Source: Podarcis gaigeae
Lineage: Eukaryota
DNA length: 64,000 nt
Direction: 5' to 3' (one strand)
Assembly: GCA_964106915.2 (NCBI GenBank)
Contig: OZ066916.1
Positions 61,140 to 64,000 of the stretch are shown one piece after another (within the stretch, counting starts at the first letter, position 1; the number at the start of each line of letters is the position of its first letter). Under the pieces are notes generated by a model. That model was given only the letters and a program-made list of their open reading frames with translations. It searched no databases and was not told where the DNA came from. The position numbers and the translations under genes were made by a program.

Positions 61140-62131
61140 AAAGCATACCAAAGAGATGGATGTTTAATTTCCTTTTTTAAACATCCCACAGAAAGCTGAG
61201 TAAAAATACGTTCCTTTTCCAGTTATTCCATTGTATATAGTTAAGCTGCTGAGCATTTCCATAGCTGTGCCCTGCCTCAATTACTGCACAGTAGTGTATA
61301 TTATCATGTTATTTGTTTCTGCTGCCTATTTGTCTGGAAATTGTATTATGTTAGCGAAACAGGTTATGCATCCTCCTACTGAGTATATTTTGTAAGCAAA
61401 GCAAGGTTTTTTTTTTAAAAAAAAGAAACTAGGGTTGTTTTCTTAGTGCCTTTGGACAAGAAAAGTAAAATCGAGTTATTTCTCAATCATGATGTTCGCA
61501 AAATAGCCTCCTGCTGAGTTTGTGGAATTGATTTTTCCATCCAAAAAGATCATCAGAAGTCATTTATCTTGTGTCATAGGTTGACTAGGCTAGAGTGATT
61601 GTTCTTATGCAAATGAAGGGACAGATGTGCATTTACCTAGATTCAAACCTTCTGGTGATTTTCCGCAACAGGTTGTTTTGGCCTCTTCTTTCACATAAAT
61701 CCAAATCAGCAAAGGACAAAAATGGGAGGGTCTGAGCTAATAGACTGCCAGGCCTCTTGCGCTGAAGTCTTTATGATTTGTAATATTTTATGAGCCAAAT
61801 CCAGATGGACTTAATTAAAAATTATTTCCACTGGTTTTATGAAAATGAGTCTGAAGAAGGATCAGAGAGAGAGAAAGGGAACAGCATAGTGGTCTTGAGG
61901 CAATGTATGCTCATAATTGGGTCAACTTTCATGAACTTCCAAATTTCAGTGCATTGCCTCTTGATATGGTGTAGATTTTCTAACCAATGTCCTAGCTCTG
62001 CAAAGCAGGATTGGACTCCATTCTGAAACTCCAATCCAATAATTGTTTTCTCCTGCTTGTAGCCATAGGCCATTGAAAAATTCTGCTGCCATTTTAAAAA
62101 AGATGAAGTGTATGGTGCAAAAACATACACT

Positions 62132-62532
62132 NNNNNNNNNNNNNNNNNNNNNNNNNNNNNNNNNNNNNNNNNNNNNNNNNNNNNNNNNNNNNNNNNNNNN
62201 NNNNNNNNNNNNNNNNNNNNNNNNNNNNNNNNNNNNNNNNNNNNNNNNNNNNNNNNNNNNNNNNNNNNNNNNNNNNNNNNNNNNNNNNNNNNNNNNNNNN
62301 NNNNNNNNNNNNNNNNNNNNNNNNNNNNNNNNNNNNNNNNNNNNNNNNNNNNNNNNNNNNNNNNNNNNNNNNNNNNNNNNNNNNNNNNNNNNNNNNNNNN
62401 NNNNNNNNNNNNNNNNNNNNNNNNNNNNNNNNNNNNNNNNNNNNNNNNNNNNNNNNNNNNNNNNNNNNNNNNNNNNNNNNNNNNNNNNNNNNNNNNNNNN
62501 NNNNNNNNNNNNNNNNNNNNNNNNNNNNNNNN
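62132..62532. other. Assembly gap (N run)
   Basis: N characters. Confidence 1.
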
Positions 62533-64000
62533 ACATTTTGAGCACTGTGCATCACAGGTACCACCTGTCTGTCACTTATGTACTGCAGGTACTAAACACG
62601 TGAATGAGGATAAGATCACATGGAAATGAAAAAGTTAAAAGTTTTAGAAAGGAGAGCAAAGCATTCAGGAACTTAGGACTTGTACAAGTTGAGATGAACT
62701 CTTAATCTTCTTTAACTTGGACAACATTGTGGGGACAGAGTGCCAAGATACAGGCAAACAAAATAATGAATGGTTTTCTCTTTCACACAAGGCAACCAAG
62801 TGTACCCAATGAATTTAAACCCATGCATTAAACATGAATCCACACCTAGGAAAAGGGTAGGAACCAAACCATTTCAAGGCTGCCACACACCCAGGTTGCT
62901 TGTGGGGCCCACAGAAGCAGTCTGCAGCGTGGTGGACTTGAGAGCCACTAATGGTAGCCCAGCATGGGGAGAGGCATTAGTCAGTAGGTGGGCTACTGAT
63001 GGTGAGACCCTTACCACATGCATGGCCAACTCTGGCTGTAACCAGATGACACTGTGGCCATTTTCAACCCATGATGGACTGTGTGTGTTTATTGCTCCCA
63101 CACAATACATCACTTGTCGCTTGGGGCACAATCAGAGCATACAAGTGTGCCACTTTTATTTCTTACTGAATAAGTGCATTCTGTCCAGAGGTCAAACTCA
63201 GCAAACTATCCAAAAATTTAATATTGCTAATTTGAAATGTGGCCATGTGCATTTCGAACGTCTATCACAGATTCCCATTCTTCCCAGTTCACTTTTCAAA
63301 TATTATGACACCTTCTGAACTTGAAAGGAATTAACTTCCATTTCCTATTGCAAACTTTCCGCTTCCAGCTCAGCACACTTTAATTTGAGAGCGGGGGATG
63401 TATTGGCTAGAAGCAGCTTCTGAATCTGACACAGTAATTTCCTCTTTTTTTCCTTCACTCAAATGTCCATGTCTGTCCAAGTTTTCATTAAAAGCATTCT
63501 TTCTGTTTACAGCGCGGTACCATGACATTTAAATTTGTGTATGCGCGATGCCATCGAGACTGTTTTTCATTGCAAGTTTATTTACTCTCTCCAAGAGTTT
63601 GACATTTGAAGTGTTGACTTTTGTCAGTGGAAAAAAAATTAAAGGAAAATTGTTTGCAGGGTACCCACTGCTGCCTTTTAGTCATAGAAAACAGGCAGGA
63701 GCTGCTGCGATAATATGAAGTGGAATAAAACCCATTTTGTGGTTCAAAGGCACAAATTAGACCTTTCCCCCCTGATGTTCTGACATATGCTGCGAAAGAC
63801 AAGCACCGTGTCATCTTGTCCCGACCACTTTCTGTACTCTTAGAATTGAGCAACTTCAGTGACGAGCTGCCTCAGTGGCACAACGCAGCACATGTTCTCA
63901 AGCTAGAATGAATCACCAGTCAAAATGATACATGAGGCCAACTGAAATTAATCTGGCCTGTTCTTCCAGCAAGCATGACTGTTTTCGCAAAGTGTTCCGA

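Noticed and set aside
61946-62629. ORFs of 150-200 aa spanning the second gap
   Set aside because: Artefacts of translating N runs
62770-63318. 182-aa plus-strand ORF
   Set aside because: No domain similarity I recognise and no exon signals; probably chance

Overview
Vertebrate genomic DNA, almost certainly from a squamate reptile and probably a lizard. The basis is its repeat content: a Bov-B LINE, Squam-type tRNA SINEs, CR1, L2 with microsatellite tails, RTE, L1, Penelope fragments and many hAT, Tc1-mariner and Harbinger MITEs. The window is AT-rich and looks intronic or intergenic, with two assembly gaps. I see no complete protein-coding gene. The recognisable ORFs are decayed LINE ORF2 fragments and the rest are chance ORFs. 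One good candidate 67-nt plus-strand exon with a GC donor (40156-40222) and a few weaker exon candidates suggest the window lies inside a large-intron gene, which I cannot name. Several repeat-free blocks that retain CpGs and are rich in homeobox/SOX motifs look like conserved non-coding enhancers; this is inference and needs alignment. The most unusual directly visible structure is a mariner/Tigger-type MITE followed by a second copy of its own insertion site carrying a TA-cgg-TA excision-footprint-like scar (8156-8425). There are also several nested insertions with recoverable TSDs. I found no evidence for a novel multi-gene system.
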